A stretch of DNA of 64,000 nucleotides from Camelus dromedarius (taxonomy: Eukaryota): NCBI RefSeq assembly GCF_036321535.1, contig NC_087447.1:35838001-35902000 (forward strand), read 5' to 3'. Under the pieces are notes generated by a model. The model ran no database searches and was not told where the DNA came from. It saw nothing but the letters and a program-made list of their open reading frames with translations. Position numbers and translations under genes: made by a program. Positions 25,801 through 38,443 of this stretch are shown here, piece by piece; position 1 is the stretch's first letter, and each line of letters opens with the position of its first letter.

Positions 25801-26179
25801 GGGACTGGAACTGTGGCCAGAAGAGAGAGCCCTTAGGGAGAGAGGAGGCTGGATGGCACCTGTGGCCACGGAGCACGAGCCTTGAAAGTGTGTCTCCTGA
25901 GTGACAGTGCCTGCTGGCGCCCCCAAAACAGGCTCTGGCTCAAGTTCCTGATTCCTCAGAGCCGCCCAGTAGTTTTTGTGGCCTCAGGACACATGGTGGC
26001 CAGTGGTTTTCTTGTCCCTCTGCTGAAGTCACGCCCCTCGGATGTCTGGCAGGGCAAACAGACCAGGCTGGCTCAGGCGTGCATGGGGTGAATTTGCCTG
26101 TATGTCAGAGTGCCATGGTTGGCCTGGGCCACCCCCACCACAACCTCACACGGGTGTCTCTTTAAACTAACCCCTGTAG

Positions 26180-26299
26180 ACATTTTGCCCAAGCCCACAA
26201 CCTCCACGAGGCCCTGGCGTGTCCACTATCTCCAAACCTGTCATGGTCCACCAGGAGTCCAACTTCATCTACAGGCCACCTGTGAAATCCGAGGTCCTG
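26180..26299 (+). CDS. USH1C: USH1C exon 20/E
   Basis: 120 nt; TFCPSPQPPRGPGVSTISKPVMVHQESNFIYRPPVKSEVL. Confidence 0.94.
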
Positions 26300-27396
26300 G
26301 TAAGCCCCTGGGGTCTTCCAGAGGTGCAGACAAGGGCCGCCTCCCCTGGGTTCTGCTGCCTCTGGAAGAAGACTGAGGTGGGATACAAACTCACATCAGA
26401 TGCCATCTTGTAACCTTCTCTTTAGCCAAGAGATGAATCCACATGGGTGTAAGTGGGTGTCAACACAACCGGTGAAATTCCTGTTCCTCACTTGACCAAA
26501 CAGCCTAGAGGGCCATCTAGAAGTAATAATAATAATGGTTCCAATTATGACAAGTCTACCATGCGCCAGGCTCTGCGTGGCCCCACGTAACCCTCACAAC
26601 TACCCAGAGAGATGCTTCCCGTTGTCATCCCTGTTCAGCCCTTGAGGAAACTGAGGCTTAGTGAGGTTAAGTAGGTTGTCCAGGGCAGAGCCAGGAGTAA
26701 TTGTTTACTCCAGAGTCTTTCCAACTCCGAAGTCCAAACTCTTACCTACTTGCCATCTTGCCCAAACCTACACCTCCTGTTGGCCCAGCCTCCGCCCTCG
26801 AGGCCCAATGTGGTGCGACGTGAACGCCATATGGAGAACTGGCCAGATGGCATTTGCTCCCCTTCTCCACTTCATGTCTCACTCCTCACCGGGACTGGGA
26901 CTGTGAGGTGTGGCCCTGGCGGGGTGGGCAGGGCCTGCCCACCCCCATCACCTACAGCTGAGCAAGCTGGGACTCAGGTACACCCTCCACGGGTGCCAGC
27001 CACTGACTGGGAAGACTTGTGCCAGAATTTTTATTCCCCTTTCAATGAAACCCTATCCAAATGTCAGGGCGGGACAACTCAGATAACTTATTTTGAGCTT
27101 TGGCCGTCCTGTCAGCTGCCCAAAGAGCAAAGTTCGTGCTCCTGTGACAGCCTGCTGACGCGTCTGCATTGTGTTTTCAGGGGGTGACAAGGGGTGGTGT
27201 CTGCTTGGCTAGGACGGAGTAGCTGCTGTGGCTGGGGGTTGTTAAGGAGCCCCTAACGTAAATCAGGCTGCGTCTGGGGAGGCACGTTGGCAGGGCAGCC
27301 CCAGGCTGGCAGGCCCAGGGCTGGGCACCAGGGGGCAGACGAGACCTATTAGTAATGTCCAGCGTGGAACGTTTTTTGGTTTTTTTTTCCTGGCAG

Positions 27397-27447
27397 CCAC
27401 AGGAGATGTTGAAGAGGATGGTGGTTTATCAGACAGCGTTTCGACAA
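27397..27447 (+). CDS. USH1C: USH1C exon 21/F
   Basis: 51 nt; PQEMLKRMVVYQTAFRQ; T-rich tract before the AG. Confidence 0.93.
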
Positions 27448-29620
27448 GTAAAACAATACCCATCGTGTGTCTGGGCTCCTCCTCGCCACCCCCTACCCCT
27501 CCCACTCTGACCTCTCCCTGGGAGGGCCTGTCAGCTCTGCCAGGAGCCTCAGGCCAAAACCGTGTCCCCCATTGCCTGCGGTCAGGAACTGGGGACGGTC
27601 TCATACAGGAGGGGCCCTTGGGCTTGAGAGACCCCATGCCCAAGCTGAGAAAGCAGCGGGGCCCCTGGGGACCTTCCTCTTTTGCTGTTGTTCATGGAGG
27701 AACAGATAGAGGGAGCCCTCAGAGGGTCACAGAGGCCAAGATGGCTGCTGGCTTCAGGAGAGAAGGGGCTGCCTGAGATGTTTCCCTGCTCCTTCCCCTG
27801 TCTTGCTTCCTCAAGGCTGGTCACAGCTTCACCAAACCCTACCTGGCCCCAAACCAGCTCTGGGGAGGAGGTGGTGGCTCAGGTCCTCCATCTGCTGGGA
27901 GAGCTCCTGGGTACGGGGCCACAGAAGTCCTTGCTGGTCCACGAGTGGATTCCAGCAGGCAGACACTTATTCGCCCCACCTCCTGGGACTTACATCCTCA
28001 GAGCCAGCCTTGGACTGGCTGTCTTACCACTGATGAAAGAGACCCCAGGATGGAGATCTTGCAGCCAACCTCCTCACCAATAACCTACTGCCTGATCATG
28101 GGCTGATTTGACTGCAGGCAGGGAACAAAGGGGAGGTATCAGCTGTACAGTGAGAAGGTGGTGGGGGGTGGTCTTCAAAGGAAGCTGCCCCCGACCCAGG
28201 ACTGGGCAGTGACAGGCACAGCTGACACTTAGGTGTGCTGTGCCAAGCACTGTTTCTAAATACTTTACGTATATTAACTCATTTAATCTTTACAAGAACC
28301 TAGTAGGTAAGTGTTATTATCATCCCCACTTTGTAGATGAGAAAGTGATGCAGAGAGATTAGGAAACATGCGCATGATGGCACAGCTAGTGTCAGACCCC
28401 AGGTCTGAATTTGGCCCAGGAGGTCGGGGTCCATGATCAGGCTCCTAAATCTTTTGCCATCCTGCCTCTCAGGATGAAACAGACTTATAAGGGCCTTGCT
28501 ATTTAGGGCACAAACAGGTCTCAAAGGGAGAGAGGCAGGAAAGTAAGGAATCCAAGGGCCCAGACTGGGAGTCAGAGCCTCACTCCACTGCCCACTGACT
28601 GGGGAGGTGACTTGGGCTTGAATGTCCCCTCTCTGGGCCCCAGTCTCCATTTATTGGATGAAAGGTTGGGCTCTGGCTTCAAGGGCTGACTAGCAGTAGT
28701 GGCTTATAGGTCTCTGATCTAAATTCACACAAGACACACATCCTTACCATCCAGCCTGTCTTTGAGAGCAGATTCTCAGGGGGAGCAAAGAGGGAAGCCC
28801 ATAGCCAGCACTGCTCAGCTTTCCAGAAGGAACAGCCAAGAGTAGGCAGAACCCTCTCAGTGAAGGAGAATTGACCCCATGTCCTGCCTAATAACCCCTC
28901 TTGCCCATGATTTGCTGCATCCCTTCCTCTGTCTGCTGCCCTGCAGCCACACACCGACCTGGGGGTGGCCTCAGAGCTGGGCCAGGCTGGGGACCCACCA
29001 GGTTTTCGAGGCTGAGCCTGGGTGATGCAGGCTAGTGAGGAGGCAAGCAATCTGTCTGCTGATCTTTGGCCCTCGTCTTGTGCCCAAGGCTTAGTTGCTG
29101 CATGCTGGGCATAGAGGGAGCTATGGCCTCCCTGTGATGCCAACCACAGGCCCCAGGGGACACTTGATTTGGCCCAGATGAATGTACACCGGGGGTGGTT
29201 CCACTCAGTCCAGCAAGGGCTACGTGGGCACCTGCCACAGGGCCTCACCTTCCTGTGGGGACTAACTGAGGCTTTGGGCAATGAGACCTTCAGCAAGGCT
29301 GACACTGCTGGCCCAGAATACCTTGTGGTCAGCGAGTGACCCTGCCAGCCACAAATGCCCACCCTGCTGAAACAGTGCAGAGTCCAGGGCCAGGGTCCTT
29401 CAAATGCTTCCCATGGCTTCCTGCTTATCCCGGGAAGGGGTGCTCTGGGTGTCAGGGCTGCCAGCCTCCCTGCATCCTCCATGCAGGACACACCAGTCCC
29501 CTCTACTCTCTCCCCTACCCCTGAGCCACTGACCATCTTCCTCCACCCTAAGCTTGTTTCCTGCAGAGGCCCCTTAGGGGCCTCTACTCTGTTGCACTAA
29601 CACTTTCCCTTTGCTTCCAG

Positions 29621-29662
29621 GACTTCCGGAAATACGAGGAAGGCTTTGATCCCTACTCCATG
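29621..29662 (+). CDS. USH1C: USH1C exon 22
   Basis: 42 nt; DFRKYEEGFDPYSM. Confidence 0.96.
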
Positions 29663-29844
29663 GTGAGAGAGAACTCTCCTTCCCTGGGAAGTAACCCCAG
29701 GACTTGGGGTGGGGGATTACCGTGTGTTTGGTGGTGGTGCATCCTGGGCTCTGGAGGTCCTAGGGGTGAGGAAGGGCATGTGGAAAGCCCCAAGGAGGCC
29801 CCAACTGCTCTTCCCTGTGAAGACTTCTTTCAGATGGCATTTCA

Positions 29845-30025
29845 AGGGAGGGGATAGCTCGGTGGTAGTGTGTTCCTAGCATGCACAAGGTCCTGGGTTC
29901 AATCCCCAGCACCTCCATTAAAATAAATAAATAAATAAACCTAATTACCTCTCCCCACCAAAATAATAATAATAACAACAACAACAACAACAACAATAAT
30001 AATAATAATAAAATAATAAAAGGGA
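29845..30025 (+). mobile_element. tRNA-derived SINE, camelid Vic-1-like, with (AAT/AAC)n tail
   Basis: A box TAGCTCGGTGG, B box GTTCAATCC, A-rich tail; target-site duplication CAGATGGCATTTCA (29831-29844) / CAGGTGGCATTTCA (30026-30039). Confidence 0.85.
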
Positions 30026-30194
30026 CAGGTGGCATTTCATTGTGAAGTGTCTGGCTAGTGTGTGTGGTTGACAATAGCAGTTACATTTGCTGAGCACTAA
30101 CTACATACCAGGCACTCTGCTGTTTGTTTATAAGGCATGCTCTCACCCAGGCTGCACAGTAATCCCAAGGGAAAAGGATCTGGGATTTGTGTGG

Positions 30195-30714
30195 TGTGAA
30201 TGAAAAATACTGCCAGCCGTATCAGTAAACAAAGAATGCTTTGGTCATCAAGTCATCAGCTGCTACAGCCACCTGCCCCCTCTCCTGACAGTGAAAGGAG
30301 GGAACTCATGATGCAGACAAGCAGGCAGCCCGGCCTCTGTAGCCACCCCTAACTGTGCACTCTGAGGGCACTCAGGATGTGGAAGAACAATATACAGGCC
30401 CTAGATAGCTAGGTGCACATCAAAGGAGTGATTTCAACAAGCCCAGACCTTTGCACCTCCGCATACCTAGAAAAGCACCAAATTTCTTAACTTGAGATAT
30501 CTGGTTTTCTTTAATTAACAGTAATCACTTGATATTCCAACTACCTGGTCCTTGTTGCAAAAACTAATGTATCTTGGCTTCCGGCTTGCCACTTTAGAGC
30601 AGCCTCTTAGAGCAATCTGAGATGCTGTGTCCCAGGCTCAAGTCCTAAGGAAATCCACTGGATAAAACATAACAACTCTCAACTTTTGGGTTGTGCATTT
30701 TATTTTAGTTGACA
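30195..30714 (+). mobile_element. Solo LTR, ERV1 class (resembles cetartiodactyl MER41-like LTRs)
   Basis: TG...CA ends, 520 bp, 4-bp target-site duplication GTGG on both sides; family assignment from memory. Confidence 0.75.
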
Positions 30715-30947
30715 GTGGCCACCTCTGTATGTGCATGTCCATGGGGCCCCCATGGGGCCTGGGACCCCCCAGTTGAAGACTGATGGGGGTGGGGCTAGGT
30801 CCCCTTGTCCATATATTCTGTGGGGTCCAATGTCCGACAGGTGCCTGACTTTACGTCCCACCCTAGGTGGAGCCAGCCTCCTCCCTGCACCCCCCTACCC
30901 TCATCCTTCAGGCAGGCTTGAAGCTCCCCACTGTCTTTTCCCTCTAG

Positions 30948-31001
30948 TTCACCCCAGAGCAGATCATAGGGAAGGATATCCGGCTCCTGCGCATTAAGAA
31001 G
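30948..31001 (+). CDS. USH1C: USH1C exon 23 (start of PDZ3)
   Basis: 54 nt; FTPEQIIGKDIRLLRIKK. Confidence 0.96.
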
Positions 31002-31329
31002 GTAACTGGGCACATGGAGGTCGGGTGGCCACCACCCTTCTCTGTCCCTGTTCCCTCCCATCTTGGTCCCCTACTTCTAATCTCAAGGTGACTCCTGGGT
31101 AACTCCTCATATCCCCATTCGCCTCTCTTCCCCTGGGGATGCCTCCCCTGTGGTGGGACCACACCAGACCCCACTTGGTGTCCTTGCCCCATTTTCTCCC
31201 TGATGGCACTGCCGTTGCCCCCATGGCTTCTCCCACCCTCTCTGTGGCCCTGTCAAGAGGGTCCCAGGTGCCTGGGTGCCCACCGACTGTTATCTGGTTG
31301 GCTTCAAAGGCCTGTTTTCTTCTCACCAG

Positions 31330-31429
31330 GAGGGAGCTTTAGACTTAGCCCTGGAAGGTGGCGTGGACTCTCCGATTGGGAAGGTGGTTGTCTCGGCTGT
31401 TTACGAAGGGGGAGCCGCTGAGCGGCACG
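31330..31429 (+). CDS. USH1C: USH1C exon 24 (PDZ3)
   Basis: 100 nt; [33 protein letters not shown]. Confidence 0.96.
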
Positions 31430-34183
31430 GTGAGTAGGGACCAGCCATGTTCAGTTTGGGGATAGTGTGATGCTTATACAGGGTCCTTCAGGAAGGCAAC
31501 CAGCAGCCTGCTGGGAGTGGGCTGACGGTTCTCGAGAATGCCCTCCCACACAGATCCGCCCATTCATCCATCCAGTCCCACACGTTGCCTGCGGGCACAT
31601 GATGATGCCAGGATCTGCGGGCACACAGCCAACCAGATCCCGCTTTGCCCTGCAGGGGCTCCCTGTCTAGTGGTGACAACATCCTCAGAATTGCCAGATA
31701 CTGATGATAACAGTGTGGTCTGCTATGGGCTGACAGAGGACTGAGAGGGAGGAGGGAAGTAGGGGCCACCCAGGGAAAGGGGGCTGCTGGGAGGGCTCCC
31801 TTCAAGGGTGATGCCTTAAAAGATAAGTCGATGCTAGGCTTGCCAAGGAGGGAAAGAGCCTTCCAGGCAGAGAGGAGAACACAAGCAAAGGCAGGAGATA
31901 AACCATCAAAACCTTACCCGTCCTTTTAATAGTGATGAGAGCCAACATCTACCAAGATCTAACCTTGTGTCAGATGCTATTCTAAGTACCTGTACATAAT
32001 CTGTGTCTAAGTAGCTCGTGTGTATTAACTCATTTCATCCTTACGATAACCCTGAAAGTAAATACTATTATTGCTCTCACTGACATCTTGAGAAACTGAG
32101 GCACAGAAAGTTTAAGTTCTTATTCAGGACACACAGCCAGTAAGCCATGGAGGCAGGACTTGAATTCAAGCAGTTTGGTCATTTTGTTTTACTGTCCAGC
32201 ACAAGTGCCACCCCTGCCTGAATCTTCTACAGCCTTGCCCCCCCCAGAGGGGCAGAGGCCCTGTCCTACTCTGTGTCTCTCCTGTGGTGAGATCTCTTTG
32301 CTTTGCCTCAATCCCCTTATCAACAAAAACACCTGCTGATGAGTGAAAGCTCTGGGAACCCCGGCACAGACTCGTGCTTCAAACAATCGGCACATTCACC
32401 TGTCAGTGTCCGAAACTCCGCCTTCAGTGATTTCTTCTTCCAAGTCCCAGTGGCTTTTTAGGACTCCCGAGATCTTTGTGGAGGAATAGGTGCCCCTGAA
32501 GGAGGAGCCTCAGGCCCTTTACAGACCAGAGCAGGGAATCCCAGGATCAGATCCCTTCTCGGCGGTGCTAAGCTGGAGTCTCTCCCACAGGTCCGAGGTG
32601 GTAGAAGGGAGCGTGGGTGCTGGCCTGAGGCAGGAGGTGCAGCAATGGGAAAGTCGCCTGGCCACACCAGCAGCCGGGCTTCTATGGGTTACTAGGGAAA
32701 GTCCAGCTCTGCCATCCATGGCCCCGGTGACCTTAGCCCCTCACAGCCGCGCTCTGAGCCTTCATTTCCGCTATGGGAAGGGGGCCTGCTCATCTAGGCA
32801 GCTGCCAAGACCCACCACTACTTGCTTGATCCACACCCTCCTCTGCCCTCATTTCCTGTGCCAGGTGAGGGAAGGGCGGATTCTTGGTCCCACCTGTCTG
32901 CCCTGTGTAGCAGGGAAAAAGGACCAGGATGGATGGGAGGCCCCCTGAGCCCTCCCCACCTTACAGAATCCTAGCCTGACTACTGCCTTATTGGGCCCAC
33001 GGCTCCATCTTGGGTCTGTACAAAATGAAAATGTAAACACTACCTCTCCCCAGGCTCGCTGTCCAGAGGAAACTGCTGTCTACAGTTTGGTCCCACACTG
33101 CTTGCGACACACAAGCAGCTGCTGACAGTTTCCCCAGGAGCACATGTGTTTTAAGCCACCACAGCCACCATGTGCAGTAACATACACCACATTCCTAGGG
33201 GCCTTCATATCCACAAGGCTCCTGGGTGAACTATTTCAACATAACACAGAATGTTCTGTGGACACCAGGACTGGGAGAAATTCCTCAAAAAAAAAAAAAA
33301 AAAGAAATAAAGAAAGAAACAAAAACAAAAAAGAAAAGGTTCTGAAGTTGAAGATGTGTGAGAAACCATGCAAAATCTACTTCTTGGAGAGCCATAATGC
33401 ATATTAGCACACTCAATGTTCTGACAAGTCCTGCAGTGAGTAGCTCTGTTTAGCTTCTAACTTCAACTTTTCTCAAACTTTTAGATCACAGTTCAGCTTA
33501 TCCAGAAACACCTTCAACATCACTCATTTATTCAAGAAATATCCGTTGAATTCCTATTTTGTGCTAAGTATTTCATTAAGTCCTGGAGATATAGTAGTGA
33601 ACTAAAATGACATTCCCTACCCTTATGGAGCTAACAGTCTGGTGGGAGAGATCACCAGTCAACAAGTAAATATATGATTACAAGTTGTGAAAAAGTGCTG
33701 TGCCAGAAAAGACTAGGATACCATGACAGAATAATAGGAAAGATTAATAGGAAAGATCTACTTGAGACTGAGTAGGTGTTAGGGAAGACTTCTCTAAGGA
33801 AGTCTTCATCTCAGACCTGGAAGAAGACAAGAGGCAGGTTGGGGGCTGGGGGTGTGTTGTTTTCAAACTGGAACCGCATGTGAAGGCTCTGAGGCAGGGA
33901 AGAGTTCGATCTGCTCAGGGACGTAAAGCAGACCAGCATGGCTGAAGCACAGAGAGGGACCGTTCACAGAACTAGCTCATGTTTCTGACAGCCTCACTGG
34001 GAATGCAGCTCTGCTTCCCTCTGCAATAGCAGAGGCCCATACGAAAGCTGGGGTGGCAATAACTCATCCCTAGTGTCCCGATTCTACTGAGACGGGGAGA
34101 GGGTGTGTGGATGGGGTGGGAAGGCAGCGCCCCTTGGGTAACCTGGTGGTTTGTTTCCCGTCGTGCTTTCTGAGCCCATGTGA

Positions 34184-34519
<336 letters not shown>

Positions 34520-34829
34520 TGATATTTACGTAGCTCATCCAGCCAGTGGTCTTAATCTGACAAGATAGGATTCAGAAAAATAAAAGTCAGTTTCTGACCT
34601 CGAGTTCAAAAAATAAGTGGCACAAATAGACTCCAGAAGACCAGATGTGGCAACCCACCTGAGAAAAAGACTTAATGTCTTCTCTGTGTACACACCAAAC
34701 AGGAATCAAGAGAGTGCTTGGGGCTACTAGAAAGCCCCAATTTCCATTAACAAAAGGAGGAGGGGCTGGTGGTAGTCTACTCTGTGCTCATTAGACACCC
34801 ACCTGGGTCAGAGCCACCACGTAAGATCT

Positions 34830-34945
34830 CCCAGGCTGTGCACTGCACAATCCAAGGGGGTGCTGTCCTACAGACTACAGTGTGAATGGTGCCCGCTCAT
34901 GTTGTGCAATGCACAACCTGTGCAACTGTATGCAGGCAGCCGAGC
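34830..34945. mobile_element. MER91-like palindromic hAT relic
   Basis: Inverted arms cactgcacaa...ttgtgcaatg around agactacagtgtgaatgg. Confidence 0.65.
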
Positions 34946-35632
34946 CTGAGGTATTAAGTTCAGTGCCGAGGATGCTGACCAGATGGGCCTGGGACCCACA
35001 TGAAGGGATATGGAGACGAGAAGACTCACGGGTAACATGATGACTGACTTTGATGATCTGGAGTGCTGTATTAGGGTTGAGGGAGCAGAAGTGTTTTCTG
35101 TGATTTTGAGGGCAGAACTGAATCAGAGGGAGGTCCTGGGGAGAGACTTCAGTTCATATTAGGAGCTATTGCATAGTAGAGGGCCTAGTGATATTTCACA
35201 AAATTTTTATTGGATACAGCCAAGCCAAGGGTATAGACAATCATGGACAAGCTAAGGATGGCAGTGGTGCCAATGAGGAGATTCAAATGTTAGGATCAGA
35301 AAGCTAGGCCTGAAGTTCCCCAATTGGCTGTGCATCAGAATGAGATTTGTTAAAAATACTATTTCCCAGGACCTACCCTAGATTTCCAGGGACCAAGTCC
35401 ATGAATCCAGTGTTTTAAGAAATCTCTCCCAAGTGATTTTGAGGTTGATACCTGGCCTTGGTCCACAGATCAGCATTTGGGAACCTGGTATCATTCAAAG
35501 GCCTGGTAACCCTGGCCTCTAAGGTGAAGCCTCAGAGACTGGAAGCTTCCCCAGTGAGACCCATCCCTACCAGGAGGACCTCCAGCCCTACCTGGGTCCA
35601 CCTCCCCCTGGGAAGAAGGCCCAGATGACTGA

Positions 35633-35788
<156 letters not shown>

Positions 35789-36837
35789 TAAGTGTGTGCG
35801 GTCGCCTAGCCCACTACTTCCTCTTCCTCCTCCTGAATCTTGGCCACCTTCTCCCAGCCTGGCCCCAGCCCTCATCCAGCCTGAAGGAACAGTCCAAGCA
35901 CACAGCTTCTGATAGCAATCGATCCTCAAAAGCTCCCAGGGTAGAGCAAACCTAGAGCTAAGTCACTGTCCTCAAGCATTGCCAGAGCTGCCTCCACATC
36001 GTCTTGTCCAGATTCTTCTTCACGTGTGGAAACCTGAAGCCCAGAGTGGTTCAAGGTCTCAGGCCAAGTAAACAATGAAGTTGGGACAAAGCCTGAGATT
36101 TTTGGTACCCCACTGAGAACTTCATCTCCTGCCCCGTCACCAGCTAGTTTAAAGACTTCTGTGTCTTTTGCTCTCTGGACGGTCTTCCGTCATGCAGCCA
36201 GGACTGTAGGCTTTGGCCCCACCCTGCAGGCTCTCCTTGGCCCAGTCCCTGTCTCTCTCTGCAATTCCCTGTATGTCTGTCTGCTCTATAGCTGTTTCAT
36301 TCCTGTCTCTGTAACTATGTGGGTCGATCTCATTCTCTCTCTGGTTCTCCTTCGCCACCCTGCCCTCTCCCCTTTCCTTCCTGTCAATCTCTCTTTTCCA
36401 TTCTTTCCTCTCCCCTGCATCCAAGACTTCATCTCACTCCCCCTCCTCTCTAACCTCTCCTTTTCTTGCTTCTTTCCACTCCTGGCTCTAAGTCCCTGCT
36501 TCTCCATGTTTGCCACGTTGCATCCATTTTTCTCTGTGTGTCTGTCTTTCTCTGTCTCTGCCTCTGTCTTTCTCTCTGGCCTCAGTCCTCGCCTCATCAC
36601 ATCGCCTCCCTATCCCTGTGCTGCCTGTGATGGCTGCACCTGCTCATTCCCCCTCCCACCAGAGGCTGAGTTCTGTGCACATCTTAGAGAAATCAAGGTC
36701 TTATGGCAACTAATTCTGGAACCCAGGGCCTAAGCAGGACCCGAGGCAGGAGCCAAGTGAAGGGAGAGGTCGGGCAGAGCTCTGCCTGGAATAACCGAGC
36801 CCTGTTTTGTGTTTCCTGCTCCACTCTGCGTATGTAG

Positions 36838-36956
36838 CTCTTCTGTTCCCTCCTCTGCAGCCGAAAGCCCCCAGCCGGTCCGAAAGCTCCTTGAAGACCG
36901 TACTCCCATGCTTAGGCATGGGTTCCTCCTACAGCTGGAGCCCGGCAGCCCCCACG
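36838..36956 (+). CDS. USH1C: USH1C alternative exon 27 (G/G')
   Basis: tgtag|CTCTTC..CACG|gtgaat; SSVPSSAAESPQPVRKLLEDRTPMLRHGFLLQLEP resembles the human b3 tail; internal CAG acceptor ends at 36860. Confidence 0.8.
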
Positions 36957-38023
36957 GTGAATAGGCAGGCAGACTGCAGGACCCCATTGGTCTATGCTGC
37001 ATGTTGTGGCCGTCTGCTGCCCACACCCTCAGCAGGTTCTTTGGACTGACGTCCCGCTCAGGGATGCCGAGCACAGCCCACTATGTAGCATGTTTGGGAC
37101 CTGGGTGTCCTGACTCACCACAGCCCTTGGGACCTGCCATGGGTCCCACACAGCACTCCAGTGAGCGGGGTGAAACAGTGAGTGCCATTCTCTGCTGAGC
37201 GCAGGCAGTGCCTCAAACCGGGCACGACAAGCTGGGAGAGCCCAAAGGAAGCAGAGCCTGGATTTCCGCTTCCCTGCAAGCACCACCCTGTGGGCCCTCC
37301 ACCGGGCCCCCAAGCTTGGGCAGAGCCAGGGCAATTAAGAGGCCATTAAAGCTGGTCCAAAGAACAAGGGTTGGCCTGTCAGAGTTGTCCATGTCCTGCT
37401 GTGACCTATCGTGGCCTGAGCCCTGCTCAGACCAAACTGTCCTCTGTGCCTTCTCTCTCCTTTGACTCTGGATTCTAACTGGGACACTGTGGAGCTGAGC
37501 TTTGGGATGTGTTTCCCAGCCTGTGACTGGCCTGTGCCCATGGACAAAGCTGGCAGGAGGCTGTGAAGCTGGTGTTTGGTGTGACCTAAAGCCCTTAGCT
37601 GATAGCATCTGGGGCAGACCAAAGCCTGGTCTTGTTGACTTTTCTGTTACAAGTTTCTCAGAACATGAGGGCCTTGTGCTCCCAGGACTGTTGGCCTGCT
37701 ATGCCGCGGCTCCTGGGATGGCCTCAGTGGCCCTGTGTTTTCTATCACTTGTTGTCTGCTCTTTGGGAGGGACCTCAATCTCTCAACTTTTGGTCCCCTC
37801 CTACCTCATCCCAGATGTCCCTTTTGCTCCCTCCCTGGCCTCCTGTGTGCCGTGGCTATGGCTGGGGTGTGGCTGCTTGGGGTCTGCGCCAAGAGATGTG
37901 TCCAGGGGTCGGCAGGGCCTAGAGCTGCTGGGGTGGAGGCTGCTCTCTGTTGTCGGCCTTGCCCTGGGCTGAGTGCGCACCTGCAAGGCCTGCACCTGCC
38001 TGGCTTGTTCCTCTTCCCCACAG

Positions 38024-38036
38024 GACCTTCTTCTGA
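38024..38036 (+). CDS. USH1C: USH1C terminal exon, coding part for isoform a (...LTFF*, PDZ-binding motif)
   Basis: cccacag|G ACC TTC TTC TGA joined to exon 26 gives DELTFF-stop. Confidence 0.95.
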
Positions 38037-38432
38037 AGTCCAGAGGAGGAACCAAATTCACCCCTAGAAGTCAGCTCTGGACCCACCCTCCTGAACACCA
38101 TGCCTCGAACCAGCCTGAGACACACCACCTGCAGGCTCCCAGGAAACCCACAGCCAGCACCCAGGGGTTTCAAACTACCTTGGGCCCTGAAGTAGGGTTG
38201 CATAAGGAACATCTCAGGCCACCCCTCTGAAGGCCACCTTGGAGGGAGGGAGCAGCCAGCCGTTCTGAAGAGTACCCTGCGTTCCAGGCTCTCCTGTCCT
38301 TCCTCTGGCCCCGTGAATTTGGGAGACTCCTCCCTTGAACTGACTCTTGGGTCTCTCTCTCCATCCCTCTCCTCTCACTCCTGCTGTCATTGCTGCTAAG
38401 ATTGACACCACAAACCTTACTCTGAACTCATA

Positions 38433-38443
38433 AATAAAATAAA
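38433..38443 (+). terminator. USH1C polyadenylation signal (two overlapping AATAAA)
   Basis: AATAAAATAAA ~400 nt after the stop codon, followed by T/GT-rich sequence. Confidence 0.85.

Noticed and set aside
28679..29536. 285-aa minus-strand ORF
   Set aside because: Random-looking composition in intron 21 with no recognisable homology; expected by chance in GC-rich DNA.
29845..29916. tRNA gene
   Set aside because: The tRNA-like head continues into an A-rich tail with target-site duplications, so it is a SINE.
29760..30074. Poly-Leu membrane-protein-like ORF
   Set aside because: Translation of the SINE tail microsatellite on the minus strand.
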